From positions 25,364-89,363 of the forward strand of contig CAYRUB010000007.1 in NCBI GenBank assembly GCA_964427405.1: a stretch of DNA of 64,000 bases. The letters are read 5' to 3'. Positions 1-10,258 of the stretch are shown here, piece after piece. A program made the position numbers and the translations under genes. The stretch comes from an uncultured Planctomycetales bacterium (GTDB lineage Bacteria; Omnitrophota; Gorgyraeia; Gygaellales; Profunditerraquicolaceae). Below the pieces are notes generated by a model, which saw nothing but the letters and a program-made list of their open reading frames with translations, had not been told where the DNA came from and did no database searches. Each line of letters begins with the position of its first letter. The stretch's first letter is position 1.

Positions 1-978
1 CTGGCTGGAAGCGCCTTTTAATAAATTATCAATAGCGCTGATAACAATAATCGTCTTGCCGAAATCCTTAACCCCGATATCACAAAAATTAGTCTTTACT
101 ACATCCTTAATTCTGGGAAAAGCGCCATCCGGCTTAATCCGGATAAAAGGCTCGTTCTTATAGAATTTCTTAAATAAATCTGTAAGGCTCTTAACCTTAA
201 GCTTTGCTCCGGAAGCTTTCTTAACATAAATAGTTGAAAGTATCCCCCGCTCGATCGGCAATAAGTGCGGCACAAAAACTACATCCACTTTTTTCCCGGA
301 TACTTTTGAAAGCACCTGATTTATCTCAGGAGTATGCTGATGCACATTGACTTTATATGCCCTGAAATCACCTTGTATTTCAGAAAACAAGAACTCTTTA
401 TCCAGCTTTTTGCCCGCGCCGCTTACACCGGATTTAGCGTCAATAATTATAGAGTTTAAATCGACCAGATTAACCGCCAACAACGGCGCCAACGCTAAGA
501 TTATTGAAGTAGGATAACACCCCGGGTTAGCCAGAAGGTTGGCGGTCTTGATTTTTGCCCGGTAAAGCTCAGGCAATCCATAAACCGCGTCTCTTAAGTT
601 AGCCTTATCCGCATGAGTAACTTTATAAAATTTCTCATATACCGACGGATTAATAAGCCTATAGTCAGCGCTTAAGTCGATAACCTTTTTACCCAGGCTT
701 AAAAGCTTTGGCACAAATTTCATGGATACAGTATGCGGAAGGGTCAGAAAAACCAGGTCGCAATCTTTCTTAATCTTGAGCCAGTCGGGTTTTGTACAAA
801 CCAAATCAAGCCGGTGTTTAAATTTTGGGAAGACATCGGAGATAACTTGAGCGCCCTGGCCGGTTTTGCCGGAATTAAAAAGATGGGTAATCCTGACATT
901 AGGATGATTAAGCAAGAGCTCAATAAGCACCTCACCCGTATGCCCGGTTGCGCCGATTATGCCAACATTGATCATCAT
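1..978 (-). CDS. argC: N-acetyl-gamma-glutamyl-phosphate reductase (3' end runs off the window)
   Basis: Manual translation from ATG at 978 (RBS GGAG) gives MMINVGIIGATGHTGEVL..., with DLSADYRL and ANPGCYPTS motifs. Absent from the ORF track because there is no stop in the window. Confidence 0.93.
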   Translation of the reverse strand, partial: MMINVGIIGATGHTGEVLIELLLNHPNVRITHLFNSGKTGQGAQVISDVFPKFKHRLDLVCTKPDWLKIKKDCDLVFLTLPHTVSMKFVPKLLSLGKKVIDLSADYRLINPSVYEKFYKVTHADKANLRDAVYGLPELYRAKIKTANLLANPGCYPTSIILALAPLLAVNLVDLNSIIIDAKSGVSGAGKKLDKEFLFSEIQGDFRAYKVNVHQHTPEINQVLSKVSGKKVDVVFVPHLLPIERGILSTIYVKKASGAKLKVKSLTDLFKKFYKNEPFIRIKPDGAFPRIKDVVKTNFCDIGVKDFGKTIIVISAIDNLLKGASSQ

Positions 979-1333
979 TTTATTCTCCACGCTTTTTAAA
1001 AAAGCCTTTTATATCGATAAATTGACAATTCAATAGTTAAATCATATTAGAATAAAATCCATCTTCCGTCAAGGATTTTTCTCGTCGGAATCAAAGATAT
1101 GGTTTAACGGGTCCTGACGAGCCTTGCCTCTCGCAGCACCGCTTGATTTTCCCCAGCGTGGAAAATCTTCGCTTCAGCAAAAATTCTCGCTCTGCCGGGA
1201 CATTTATTACGGGCAACCGTGCCCGCTCGCATTTTTGAGATGCTGTTCGAGTTCAAGGCTCGTCACCCGTTAATAACATACCAATTCTTAAGGTTCCCGA
1301 CTTCGTAGCAGACGGCAAAAACCCTATACAAAC

Positions 1334-1359
1334 AAAAAATCCCGCTTTCTGAGCGGGAT
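1334..1359 (-). terminator. Rho-independent terminator after rpsI
   Basis: ATCCCGCT/AGCGGGAT stem followed by a T-run on the minus strand. Confidence 0.75.
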
Positions 1360-1400
1360 CGTTTGCGAAAATTATTTTTATATAAAAGGAGTTGTTCCTC

Positions 1401-1796
1401 CTACCTCTTCGTCCACTGGAAGCGCTTACGCGCGCCCTTTAAGCCGTACTTCTTGCGCTCCTTCATACGCGGATCACGCGTTAAATATCCGTTTTTACGA
1501 AATATATCCTTAAAGTTAGAATCCGCGATTAAGAGTGCCCTGGCAATACCTAAACGCAAAGCTCCTGCCTGACCGGTTAACCCGCCGCCATTAAGCCTGG
1601 CCGCGACATTAAATTTAGCCGCGCTTTCCGTAATCGCCAAAGGTTGTTTAGCAATAATGCGGTCGGTTTCGCGCAAAAAATATTTCTCAAAAGGACGGCC
1701 GTTAATTGTAATCTCTCCCGTACCGGGTTCCATACGTACCCTGGCGGTTGATTCTTTGCGCCTGCCTAATGCTATATATTTAGTTGAATCAGTCAT
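1401..1796 (-). CDS. rpsI: 30S ribosomal protein S9
   Basis: GRRKESTARV, GGGLTGQAGA, ERKKYGLKGARKRFQWTKR. Confidence 0.99.
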   Translation of the reverse strand: MTDSTKYIALGRRKESTARVRMEPGTGEITINGRPFEKYFLRETDRIIAKQPLAITESAAKFNVAARLNGGGLTGQAGALRLGIARALLIADSNFKDIFRKNGYLTRDPRMKERKKYGLKGARKRFQWTKR

Positions 1797-1802
1797 TTAT
1801 TT

Positions 1803-2234
1803 TTAAACCTCCAAGACAATCGGTTTTGCTCCGGTCAATTTATGCTTATCATCCGCATAGACCCTCAATTTCTTAATTAAATCCCTGCCTAAAGGCCCAA
1901 TAGGAAGCATCCTTTCCACAGCTAAATGTATAACTGTAGTTGGGTTTTTAGCTAAAAGCTTTTCCAAAACTATCTCACGCTGGCCTCCGGGGTAACCGGA
2001 ATACCTGCTATAGACTTTTTGTTTAAGTTTACGTCCGGTAACCTTGATCTGGCTGGCATTAAGCACAATCACTCCATCACCGGTATCAATGTGGGGAGTA
2101 AAAATCGGCTTATGCTTACCTCTTAAGATAGAGGCAACCTTAGCTGCCAACCTTCCAAGAATCTTGCCCTTGGCGTCGACAATATACCACTTCATCTTGA
2201 TATCTTCTGGTCTTGCTGTATAGGTCTTTTTCAT
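1803..2234 (-). CDS. rplM: 50S ribosomal protein L13
   Basis: WYIVDA..LGRLA..LRGKHKP.FTPH.DTGD; adjacent to rpsI. Confidence 0.99.
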   Translation of the reverse strand: MKKTYTARPEDIKMKWYIVDAKGKILGRLAAKVASILRGKHKPIFTPHIDTGDGVIVLNASQIKVTGRKLKQKVYSRYSGYPGGQREIVLEKLLAKNPTTVIHLAVERMLPIGPLGRDLIKKLRVYADDKHKLTGAKPIVLEV

Positions 2235-2279
2235 AGAAAGATAATTATAGCAAAATAATGAATAAAGTCAAATCTTTTT

Positions 2280-3041
2280 TTAGTACTTTACCTTGACTAA
2301 ACACAATCCTTTTGCCGGAAGCGCCGGCCCGGCAAGCTTGCGGTTGCGCGATTCTAAAATTTTTCGCATACTGCCCCTAAGGAACCTCCCCCTGCCTATC
2401 TCTAATAATGTGCCGGCAATATTCCTGACCATATTATACAAGAAGCTATCCGCCTCTATATCAATATGCAGAAGGTTCTTATCCCTGGTAATTTTAATAC
2501 TCTTAATAGTGCGTACAGGATTTCTGTATCTTAACTCAGTGGCCTGGAAAGATGTAAAGTTATGCTTTCCCGAGAGCGCTTTAGCTTCACTGCGCATTAG
2601 CCCTATATCCAAAGGATGATGAAAAAAATAAACCCGGCTCGCCAAAAGCGGAGATGAATATTTATGGTTTAAGATTGTATAACGGTAAAGCTTGGATTTA
2701 GCGCAAAAGCGGCTGTTAAAATCCGGCCCAACTTTACTTATCCGGGTTACTTTAATATCCTCAGGCAATAAACAATTCAAGGCCCAACGCAACCTCTGTA
2801 AAGGCATTCTGGAGGAACTTTTAAAATTAGCAACCTGTGAAAGAGCATGTACACCTGAATCTGTGCGCCCGGCGACAATCAGCTTAATATTTTCCTGCAG
2901 AAGCTTTCTAAGAACCTGCTCTAAAACATACTGAATTGTCTTCTTAGGCTGGTAATGCGCTCTGGCTTTTGTTTTATTTTGTACCTGCCAACCGTGATAG
3001 GCTGTGCCGTCGTATTCTATTTCGAGCTTGAAATTAAACAT
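2280..3041 (-). CDS. truA: tRNA pseudouridine(38-40) synthase
   Basis: YDGTAYHGWQ, AGRTDSGVHA, FLYNMVR, GLCL. Confidence 0.97.
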   Translation of the reverse strand: MFNFKLEIEYDGTAYHGWQVQNKTKARAHYQPKKTIQYVLEQVLRKLLQENIKLIVAGRTDSGVHALSQVANFKSSSRMPLQRLRWALNCLLPEDIKVTRISKVGPDFNSRFCAKSKLYRYTILNHKYSSPLLASRVYFFHHPLDIGLMRSEAKALSGKHNFTSFQATELRYRNPVRTIKSIKITRDKNLLHIDIEADSFLYNMVRNIAGTLLEIGRGRFLRGSMRKILESRNRKLAGPALPAKGLCLVKVKY

Positions 3042-4045
3042 TCAGCTATTTGCACGGCATTAGTAGCAGCACCTTTACGCAGGTTATCCGCTACAACCCA
3101 CAACCATAAACCTTTTTTATTAAAAGCATCCTGGCGGATACGGCCGATAAAAGTTTCATCCTTGCCTTCCGCATCTTTAGGCATAGGATAAAGATTATTT
3201 TTCAAATCATCCATAACAATTATACCGGCTGATTTGGCGAGGATTTTTTTTGCCTCATCAGGATCAATCGCTTTTTCAGTTTCAATATAGACGGATTCCG
3301 AATGGCCTGTCCTTACCGGAACACGCACCGTAGTAGCAGAGATTTTAATCTTTGGGGCATGCATAATTTTGTGAGTTTCATTAACCAATTTCCACTCTTC
3401 ATTGGTATAGCCGCCTTCCACAAAACTACCGATATGTGGAAAACAATTATAAGCCAATTGCTGCGGCATAGTCTTATTCACGCCATCAGCCTGTACACTG
3501 TTAAATCCACCCTGGGCAATCTTAGCGTTTTCATTATTTAACTGCTCAACAGCGGCTTTACCAGCTCCGCTGGATGCCTGCAAAGTAGTAACAATAATCT
3601 TCTTAATACGATATTTCTTATGTAAAGGGTTAAGCGCCACAACCATCTGGATAGTGGAACAATTAGGATTGGCGATAATTCCTTTGTGTTTTTTAACATC
3701 AGCGCCATTTACTTCAGGAACTACTAACGGAACTTTGGGATCCATGCGAAAGTCAGCTCCATTGTCAATAACCACTGCCCCTCTTTTAACCGCTTCAGGA
3801 GCATAAGTTACCGCAGCGCCTTTTTCACCTTCGGTGCCGGCGAATAAAGCGATATCAATACCATTAAAGCCATCTGCTGAAATTGGTTCAACCGCATATA
3901 CCTGGCCATCCACTTCCATATTTCTGGCTGAGCGCGCGAAGACCTTTAATTGATTAACCGGAAAATTACGCTGTTTTAAAACTCGCAGCATTTCAACACC
4001 TACAACACCGGCGCCGATAACCGCAACATTATATTTTTTCATCAA
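3017..4045 (-). CDS. asd: aspartate-semialdehyde dehydrogenase
   Basis: PLVVPEVN, IANPNCSTIQ, VRVPV..GHSE, DNLRKGAATNAVQI. Confidence 0.97.
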   Translation of the reverse strand: MMKKYNVAVIGAGVVGVEMLRVLKQRNFPVNQLKVFARSARNMEVDGQVYAVEPISADGFNGIDIALFAGTEGEKGAAVTYAPEAVKRGAVVIDNGADFRMDPKVPLVVPEVNGADVKKHKGIIANPNCSTIQMVVALNPLHKKYRIKKIIVTTLQASSGAGKAAVEQLNNENAKIAQGGFNSVQADGVNKTMPQQLAYNCFPHIGSFVEGGYTNEEWKLVNETHKIMHAPKIKISATTVRVPVRTGHSESVYIETEKAIDPDEAKKILAKSAGIIVMDDLKNNLYPMPKDAEGKDETFIGRIRQDAFNKKGLWLWVVADNLRKGAATNAVQIAECLISSSK

Positions 4046-4046
4046 A

Positions 4047-5108
4047 TTACCCCTTCAAGTTTTTAACCACCAGGTTACCGATTTCAGTGGTCGAATAACC
4101 CATTTTTCCGGCAGCCAGCGATTTTATATCCTTATTTACAATCCCGATTACCGACTGCTCAATTGCTTTGGCAGCTTTCTCTTGGCCAAGATTTTCAAGC
4201 ATCATGCCACAAGCGCAAATCGCGGCCAACGGATTAATCACATTTTTACCGGTATACTTTGGAGCGCTACCGCCAATAGGTTCAAACATGGATACGCCTT
4301 GCGGATTGATATTCCCGCCTGCCGCAATTCCCATACCGCCCTGGATCATTGCCCCTAAGTCCGTAATAATATCTCCAAATAAGTTGTCGGTAACAATCAC
4401 ATCAAACCATTCCGGATTCTTCACAAACCACATGGTGGTTGCGTCCACATGCGCGTAATCAGTAGTTACATCCGGATACTCCTTAGCTACCTCATTAAAT
4501 GTGCGCTGCCAAAGATCCCAGGCATAAGTTAAAACATTAGTCTTGCCGCAAAGGGTCAGCTTTTTCTTTTTATTACGTTTGCGAGTACACTCAAAGGCAT
4601 AACGGATGCAACGCTCTACCCCTTTACGCGTATTATAAGAAATCTGAATTGCCACCTCATCCTTACTCCCTTTATCTTTAAACTCCCCCATACCTTTATA
4701 TAGGCCTTCGGAGTTCTCACGCACGACCACAAAATCAATATCCTCCGGTTTTTTATCTTTTAAAGGGCAATACGCGGAATTATAAAGTTTTACCGGCCTA
4801 AGGTTGATATACTGATCAAGGGCAAACCTCAGCTTAAGCAATACTCCCGTCTCAATAATTCCGGGTTTAACCTCAGGGTCACCCACCGCGCCAAGATAAA
4901 TCGCGTTGTATTTTTTTAATTCCTCGATATCGCTATCATCAACGAGTTTGCCGGTTTTTAAATATCTCTGGCCGCTGAAATCAAAGAATTTGGTTTCATA
5001 TTTAAAACCGAATTTCTTGCCGGCTTGCTCTAAAACCTTTAAACCTTCATTAATTACTTCGGGACCGGTTCCATCACCAGGTATGACCGCGATTTTATAC
5101 ATAAGCAC
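4047..5108 (-). CDS. leuB: 3-isopropylmalate dehydrogenase
   Basis: IPGDGTGPEV, NLRP, VRENSEGLY, NLFGDIITD, EPIGGSAP; next to leuCD. Confidence 0.93.
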   Translation of the reverse strand: MLMYKIAVIPGDGTGPEVINEGLKVLEQAGKKFGFKYETKFFDFSGQRYLKTGKLVDDSDIEELKKYNAIYLGAVGDPEVKPGIIETGVLLKLRFALDQYINLRPVKLYNSAYCPLKDKKPEDIDFVVVRENSEGLYKGMGEFKDKGSKDEVAIQISYNTRKGVERCIRYAFECTRKRNKKKKLTLCGKTNVLTYAWDLWQRTFNEVAKEYPDVTTDYAHVDATTMWFVKNPEWFDVIVTDNLFGDIITDLGAMIQGGMGIAAGGNINPQGVSMFEPIGGSAPKYTGKNVINPLAAICACGMMLENLGQEKAAKAIEQSVIGIVNKDIKSLAAGKMGYSTTEIGNLVVKNLKG

Positions 5109-5123
5109 CTCTTAGTTTTTATC

Positions 5124-5190
5124 TAGCGAAATCCCGCGGAGTGCTCCAAAATTATCGAAGAAAATTTTGGAGCTGAATACGAAGCGGGAT
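5124..5190. repeat. intergenic palindromic REP-like element, related to 12250-12281
   Basis: TAGCGAAATCCCGCGGAG-[GCTCCAAAATT..AATTTTGGAGC hairpin]-CGAAGCGGGAT. Confidence 0.6.
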
Positions 5191-5198
5191 ATTTGTCA

Positions 5199-5690
5199 TT
5201 ACTTTACTGTCTGTCTTTTAATATAATTAATCAAACCTCCGCACTCCACAATCTGCTGCAGGAATTCCGGAAAAGCCTGTGTTTTATATTGTTTATTTTG
5301 CGTTATATTATTAATCGTGCCTGTTGTTAAATCTATTTCAACAATATCCCCATGATTAATCTTATCTACATCCGCCGATTCTAAAAACGGCAAACCGATA
5401 TTTATAGCGTTCCTAAAGAATATGGCAGCGAAGCTTTTGGCAATTACCGCGGAAACCCCGCACCCTTTAATTGCTAAAGGCGCATGTTCACGGCTTGAGC
5501 CACAGCCAAAGTTATTTCCGGCGACAATTATATCCCCCGGGCTGACCACCTGAGAAAAACTGGGGTTTATAGTTTCCATGCAATGCTTGCCTAACTCCTG
5601 AGCATCAGTAGAAACCAGGTATTTAGCCGCGATAATATCGTCAGTATTTATATCATCGCTGAATTTATGAACCTTACCTTTAATAATCAT
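5199..5690 (-). CDS. leuD: 3-isopropylmalate dehydratase small subunit
   Basis: [32 protein letters not shown]. Confidence 0.96.
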   Translation of the reverse strand: MIIKGKVHKFSDDINTDDIIAAKYLVSTDAQELGKHCMETINPSFSQVVSPGDIIVAGNNFGCGSSREHAPLAIKGCGVSAVIAKSFAAIFFRNAINIGLPFLESADVDKINHGDIVEIDLTTGTINNITQNKQYKTQAFPEFLQQIVECGGLINYIKRQTVK

Positions 5691-6943
5691 ATTTTATCGG
5701 GATGCGTAATTCTTCCTGTAATCGCCGAGGCTGCGGCTACCGCCGGATTAGAAAGATAAACAAATGATTTCGGGCTGCCCATTCTTCCCAGAAAATTCCT
5801 GTTAGTCGTAGCGATAGCGACCTCGCCATCAGCTAAAATTCCCATATGCCCGCCTAAGCACGGCCCGCAGGTCGGGGTTGAGAATACGCCGCCGGCTCTA
5901 ACAAAAATTTCAGCCAAGCCTTCTTCAACCGCCTGTAAATAAATCTTTTGTGTTGCCGGAAAAACAATTAATTTTACCCCCTTGGCCACCTTCCTACCCT
6001 TAAGTAAAGAAGCAGCAATACGTAAATCTGAAATCCGGCCATTAGTACATGAGCCGATAACTGACTGATCGATCTTTATGTTTTTCAGGCTATTAACCGG
6101 CTTGGTATTACTTGGCAGATGCGGACAGGCCACTTGCGGCTCAAGTTTCGTAACACCCCATTCATATATTTTCTCATAATGGGCATCCTTGTCAGAATAA
6201 TAAAATTTAGGTTTACGCTTAAAGCCCGCGACATATTTTTTAGTTTTTTCATCAGGTTCAATTAAACCTGCCCTTGCTCCGGCTTCAATAGCCATGTTAC
6301 ACATAGAAAATCTATCATCCATACCTAATCTTTGAATTACCGGGCCGCAAAACTCCATTACCTTATATAGGGCCCCATCCACGCCAATCTGGCCAATGGT
6401 ATAAAGAATAAGGTCTTTGCCTCCTACCCATTTGTTTAGCTTACCTTTATATATAAACTTTATAGATGCCGGAACCCTTAACCAGCACTTGCCGTCAATA
6501 TAAGCGCGGGCTAAATCAGTTGAGCCCATACCAGTGGCATAAGCACCTAAGGCCCCATAAGTACAAGTATGGGAATCCGCTCCGATAATCAGGTCTCCGG
6601 GCAGGACAATTCCTTTTTCAGGAAGCAGCGCGTGCTCAATACCCATGCATCCGATTTCAAAATAGTTCTTTATCCCCTGCTCTTTGGCGAAATCAGCCAA
6701 AACCTTGCATTGATTGGCGCTTTTTAAATCTTTAGCCGGGGCGAAATGATCCGGGACTAAAACAATTTTATTTTTGTTAAAAACTTTTTTAAAACCTGAT
6801 TTTTTAAACTCTGAAATAGCTAAAGGCGCGGTGATATCGTTAGCCAAGGCAACATCAACTTTAGCCTGGGTAAACTCGCCGGGCTTAATTGACTTTTGGC
6901 CAGAATGCTTTAATAAGATTTTTTCCGCGATAGTGTAGGGCAT
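5687..6943 (-). CDS. leuC: 3-isopropylmalate dehydratase large subunit
   Basis: GADSHTCTYG, IGSCTNGR, CGPCLG, TTNRNF.GRMG; start placed at the ATG of MPYTIAEK. Confidence 0.96.
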   Translation of the reverse strand: MPYTIAEKILLKHSGQKSIKPGEFTQAKVDVALANDITAPLAISEFKKSGFKKVFNKNKIVLVPDHFAPAKDLKSANQCKVLADFAKEQGIKNYFEIGCMGIEHALLPEKGIVLPGDLIIGADSHTCTYGALGAYATGMGSTDLARAYIDGKCWLRVPASIKFIYKGKLNKWVGGKDLILYTIGQIGVDGALYKVMEFCGPVIQRLGMDDRFSMCNMAIEAGARAGLIEPDEKTKKYVAGFKRKPKFYYSDKDAHYEKIYEWGVTKLEPQVACPHLPSNTKPVNSLKNIKIDQSVIGSCTNGRISDLRIAASLLKGRKVAKGVKLIVFPATQKIYLQAVEEGLAEIFVRAGGVFSTPTCGPCLGGHMGILADGEVAIATTNRNFLGRMGSPKSFVYLSNPAVAAASAITGRITHPDKI

Positions 6944-6971
6944 TTTTAAAATCAAGAGGACGTTTCTATTT

Positions 6972-8216
6972 TTATCCTTTGAACTTCTTTACTATAAGAG
7001 AGGCGTTGTGCCCACCGAATCCTAAAGAATTAGACATGCAGGCTGTTAGGTTCGCTTTGCGCGCTATATTAGGCACGTAATCCAGGTCGCACTCCGGATC
7101 AGGATGTTCGTAGTTGATAGTAGGAGGAACAACTCCGTCTCTAATCGCTAAACAACAGGCCACAAACTCCACTCCGCCTGCCGCTCCCAAAAGATGCCCG
7201 GTTACAGACTTCGTGGAAGAAACCATTACCTTCTTGCTATAATCGCCAAATGACTTCTTTATAGACAAGGTCTCGATTTTATCATTTAATTTAGTTGAAG
7301 TTCCATGCGCGTTTATATAAGAAATATCGGAAGGATTCATCCGGCCGTCTTTTAACGCCATAGTTATTGCCTGAGCAGCCCCCGCTCCATCAGGATCAGG
7401 CGCGGTTATATGGTAAGCATCACAACTCATACCGTATCCAACAATTTCAGCGATAATATTGGCATTTCTTTTTTGAGCATGTTCTAAGGTCTCCAAGACA
7501 ACCAAACCGCTCCCCTCAGCCATTACAAAACCATCACGGTCGCGGTCAAACGGACGGCTGGCCTTCTGAGGATCATCATTCCTGGTAGAAAGCGCCCTTA
7601 ACGCGCAAAAACCACCCACCGCGGTAGGCACAATACAACTTTCCGTACCTCCGGTAAGCATTACATCCGCGTCTCCATAAAGGATCGTCCTATACGCCTC
7701 GCCTATGGCATGCGAACCCGAAGCGCAGGCAGTAACTACGCAAGAATTCGGGCCTTTTAACCCATGAATAATCGCGACCAGGCCGCTTGCCTCATTAACA
7801 ATAAGCATAGGAATAAGAAACGGTGATAACCTGGAAGGCCCTTTGCTAAGCAAAACTTTATGTTCTTCTTCAACAGTATGCAAACTTCCGATACCTGAAC
7901 CAATGATCGTACCAAGGCGGGTTCTATCCTCTTTATCTAAATCTAAACCGGAAGATTCCATTGCCTGTTTAGCGGCAGCTACAGCAAACTGTACAAACCT
8001 TGCCGTTCTTTTAATATCTTTAAGGGAAATCCCATAATGAGTAGGGTCAAAATTCTTTACTTCCGCCGAAATACGGGAATCAAAAGCTGACGCATCAAAA
8101 CTGGTAGTCGGCCCGACCCCGCTTTTGCCATCCTTTAAAGATTGCCAAAAGCTAGGGACATCATTACCTACCGGTGTGATTACGCCTAAACCTGTAATTA
8201 CTACTCTTTTTTTCAT
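6972..8216 (-). CDS. fabF: beta-ketoacyl-ACP synthase II
   Basis: RVVITGLG, TACASG, NAHGTST, GHLLGAAG, NSLGFGGHN. Confidence 0.98.
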   Translation of the reverse strand: MKKRVVITGLGVITPVGNDVPSFWQSLKDGKSGVGPTTSFDASAFDSRISAEVKNFDPTHYGISLKDIKRTARFVQFAVAAAKQAMESSGLDLDKEDRTRLGTIIGSGIGSLHTVEEEHKVLLSKGPSRLSPFLIPMLIVNEASGLVAIIHGLKGPNSCVVTACASGSHAIGEAYRTILYGDADVMLTGGTESCIVPTAVGGFCALRALSTRNDDPQKASRPFDRDRDGFVMAEGSGLVVLETLEHAQKRNANIIAEIVGYGMSCDAYHITAPDPDGAGAAQAITMALKDGRMNPSDISYINAHGTSTKLNDKIETLSIKKSFGDYSKKVMVSSTKSVTGHLLGAAGGVEFVACCLAIRDGVVPPTINYEHPDPECDLDYVPNIARKANLTACMSNSLGFGGHNASLIVKKFKG

Positions 8217-8230
8217 ATTTATTCTAACAA

Positions 8231-8266
8231 AATTTACCCCGCAAAAGCTAAAATGCGGGGTAAATT
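8231..8266. terminator. 13-bp stem hairpin between acpP and fabF
   Basis: AATTTACCCCGCA / TGCGGGGTAAATT. Confidence 0.6.
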
Positions 8267-8287
8267 GTTTGTTTTTCTATCTAATTA

Positions 8288-8524
8288 TTATTTGGCGCTT
8301 TTCTCATCAATGTACTTCATGGCATCGCCAACAGTAGTGATCTTCTCCGCGTCCTCATCAGGAATTTCAATACCAAACTCTTCTTCTAAAGCCATAACCA
8401 GCTCTACAGTATCGAGTGAATCAGCACCCAAGTCATCAACAAATGATGCCTCAGGAGTTACCTCTTCGGGTTTTACACCTAACTGTTCTGCTATGATAGA
8501 TTTTACTTTCTCTTGTACTGCCAT
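8288..8524 (-). CDS. acpP: acyl carrier protein
   Basis: [20 protein letters not shown]; start at MAVQEK after GGAGG. Confidence 0.99.
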   Translation of the reverse strand: MAVQEKVKSIIAEQLGVKPEEVTPEASFVDDLGADSLDTVELVMALEEEFGIEIPDEDAEKITTVGDAMKYIDEKSAK

Positions 8525-8556
8525 TCTCTTTTCCTCCTTGTGTAGAAACACATACT

Positions 8557-9300
8557 TTATGACATTACCATGCCGCCATCAATCGTGATTACCTGCCCGG
8601 TGATATAACTTGACTCATCAGAAGCCAAGAACAAACAGGTATTCGCTACATCCTGAGGTGTTCCAAGCTTAGCTAAAGGTATTGCCTCCAGCATCTTCTT
8701 CTTTATATCCTCAGGGAGCTTGGCGGTCATCTCTGTTTGGATAAATCCGGGAGCTACAGCATTAGCATTAATATTACGGCTGGCTAATTCTTTAGCTACT
8801 GTCTTTGTAAGAGCGATTATACCCGCTTTTGAAGCGGCGTAATTTGCCTGACCGGGATTACCCATTAAACCGATGATCGAAGCTATGCTAATGATCCGTC
8901 CGCTTCTTTGTTTTATCATCGGCCGGGTTACGGCCTTGATGCAGTTAAATGTACCCTTAAGGTTAACATTAATTACCGCATCCCAATCTGCCTGGGACAT
9001 TCTAAGTAAAAGATTGTCTTTAGTAATCCCAGCGTTGTTAACTAATATATCAACCTTTCCCATTTTGTCAAGAATTTTATTTATGCCTTCTTCTACCTTC
9101 TCATAATTGGTTACATCCATCTCCAAAGCCAGTGCCTTACGGCCTAAACCTTCAATTTCAAGCGCCGTTTTCTGGGCTATTTCTAAATTTACATCAGCTA
9201 CAACAATATCCGCGCCCTCTCTGGCAAATGTCAAAGCAATCGCCTGGCCTATCCCTCTTGCTCCACCTGTAATCAAAGCTACTTTATCCTTTAGTCTCAT
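8557..9300 (-). CDS. fabG: 3-oxoacyl-ACP reductase
   Basis: [21 protein letters not shown]; fab cluster. Confidence 0.97.
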   Translation of the reverse strand: MRLKDKVALITGGARGIGQAIALTFAREGADIVVADVNLEIAQKTALEIEGLGRKALALEMDVTNYEKVEEGINKILDKMGKVDILVNNAGITKDNLLLRMSQADWDAVINVNLKGTFNCIKAVTRPMIKQRSGRIISIASIIGLMGNPGQANYAASKAGIIALTKTVAKELASRNINANAVAPGFIQTEMTAKLPEDIKKKMLEAIPLAKLGTPQDVANTCLFLASDESSYITGQVITIDGGMVMS

Positions 9301-9340
9301 TTTATCCTCCTAACCCACGAGGGTACACCGGCCACTTCCT

Positions 9341-10258
9341 TTAAGGCCGGGTGTTAACCACCTGATCCATATCCGTGCTCTTTTCTATATTTATAACTTG
9401 CGCGTTACTTTCAATGCGGCGCATCAGGCCCTTTAAAACCTTTCCCGGGCCAAATTCATAAAATTTAGTTACCCCTTCAGATAAAATAAAACGCATCGAT
9501 TCTTCCCATCTCACTGAACCCTTTATCTGATTGACCAGATTCTCCCTTATTTGGCCAGCTTTATATTGCGGCTGCGCAGTATAATTGCTGATTACAGGAA
9601 ACTTGGGTTCAGAAATCTGTATATTATCAAGAATAAGCTTTAATTCTAACGCAGCCTCTGACATTAAGGAAGAATGAAAGCCGCCGCTGACCTCAAGGAG
9701 AATCACCCTTTTTGCCCCTGCCTGATTACAAAGCTCCATAGCCTGATTTACCGCTTCCGCCTTTCCGGTAATGACAATCTGGCCGGGGCAGTTAAGATTC
9801 GCGATTTCAGCTCCGGATTGCAGGCAGATTTCCTTTAGCTTTTCTACGGATAACTCCAAAACCGCGGCCATCTTTCCAGGGTGCTTCTTGGAGGCCTCTT
9901 CCATCAGTTGGCCTCTTTTATTTATCAAACGAATACCGTCATCAAAAGCTAAGGCGCCTGCGGCAATTAAGGCGGAGTATTCACCTAAACTTAAGCCCGC
10001 GGTAAAAGAAGGGACAAGATTTGATTTAGATTTAAAAACCTCAAAAGCCGCGATACTTGCGGTTACGATCGACGGCTGAGATACATCGGTAGATTTAAGT
10101 TTCTCTTCGGGGCCTTCAAAACAAAGCTTCTTTAATTCAAAACCCAGCAACTCCTCTGCCCTGTCAAATACCTTACGCGCCTCCGGGAAAGACTCGTACA
10201 AATCTTTACCCATGCCTGCATATTGGCTTCCCTGGCCGGCAAAAAGATAGCCTACCAC
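9341..10258 (-). CDS. fabD: malonyl-CoA:ACP transacylase
   Basis: FAGQGSQ, GLSLGEY, SGGFHS, EFGPGKVL. Confidence 0.97.
   Translation of the reverse strand: MVGYLFAGQGSQYAGMGKDLYESFPEARKVFDRAEELLGFELKKLCFEGPEEKLKSTDVSQPSIVTASIAAFEVFKSKSNLVPSFTAGLSLGEYSALIAAGALAFDDGIRLINKRGQLMEEASKKHPGKMAAVLELSVEKLKEICLQSGAEIANLNCPGQIVITGKAEAVNQAMELCNQAGAKRVILLEVSGGFHSSLMSEAALELKLILDNIQISEPKFPVISNYTAQPQYKAGQIRENLVNQIKGSVRWEESMRFILSEGVTKFYEFGPGKVLKGLMRRIESNAQVINIEKSTDMDQVVNTRP

Noticed and set aside
1066-1315. Identification as RNase P, SRP, tmRNA or T-box RNA
   Set aside because: The signature sequences of these families were not found on either strand; kept only as an unidentified structured element.
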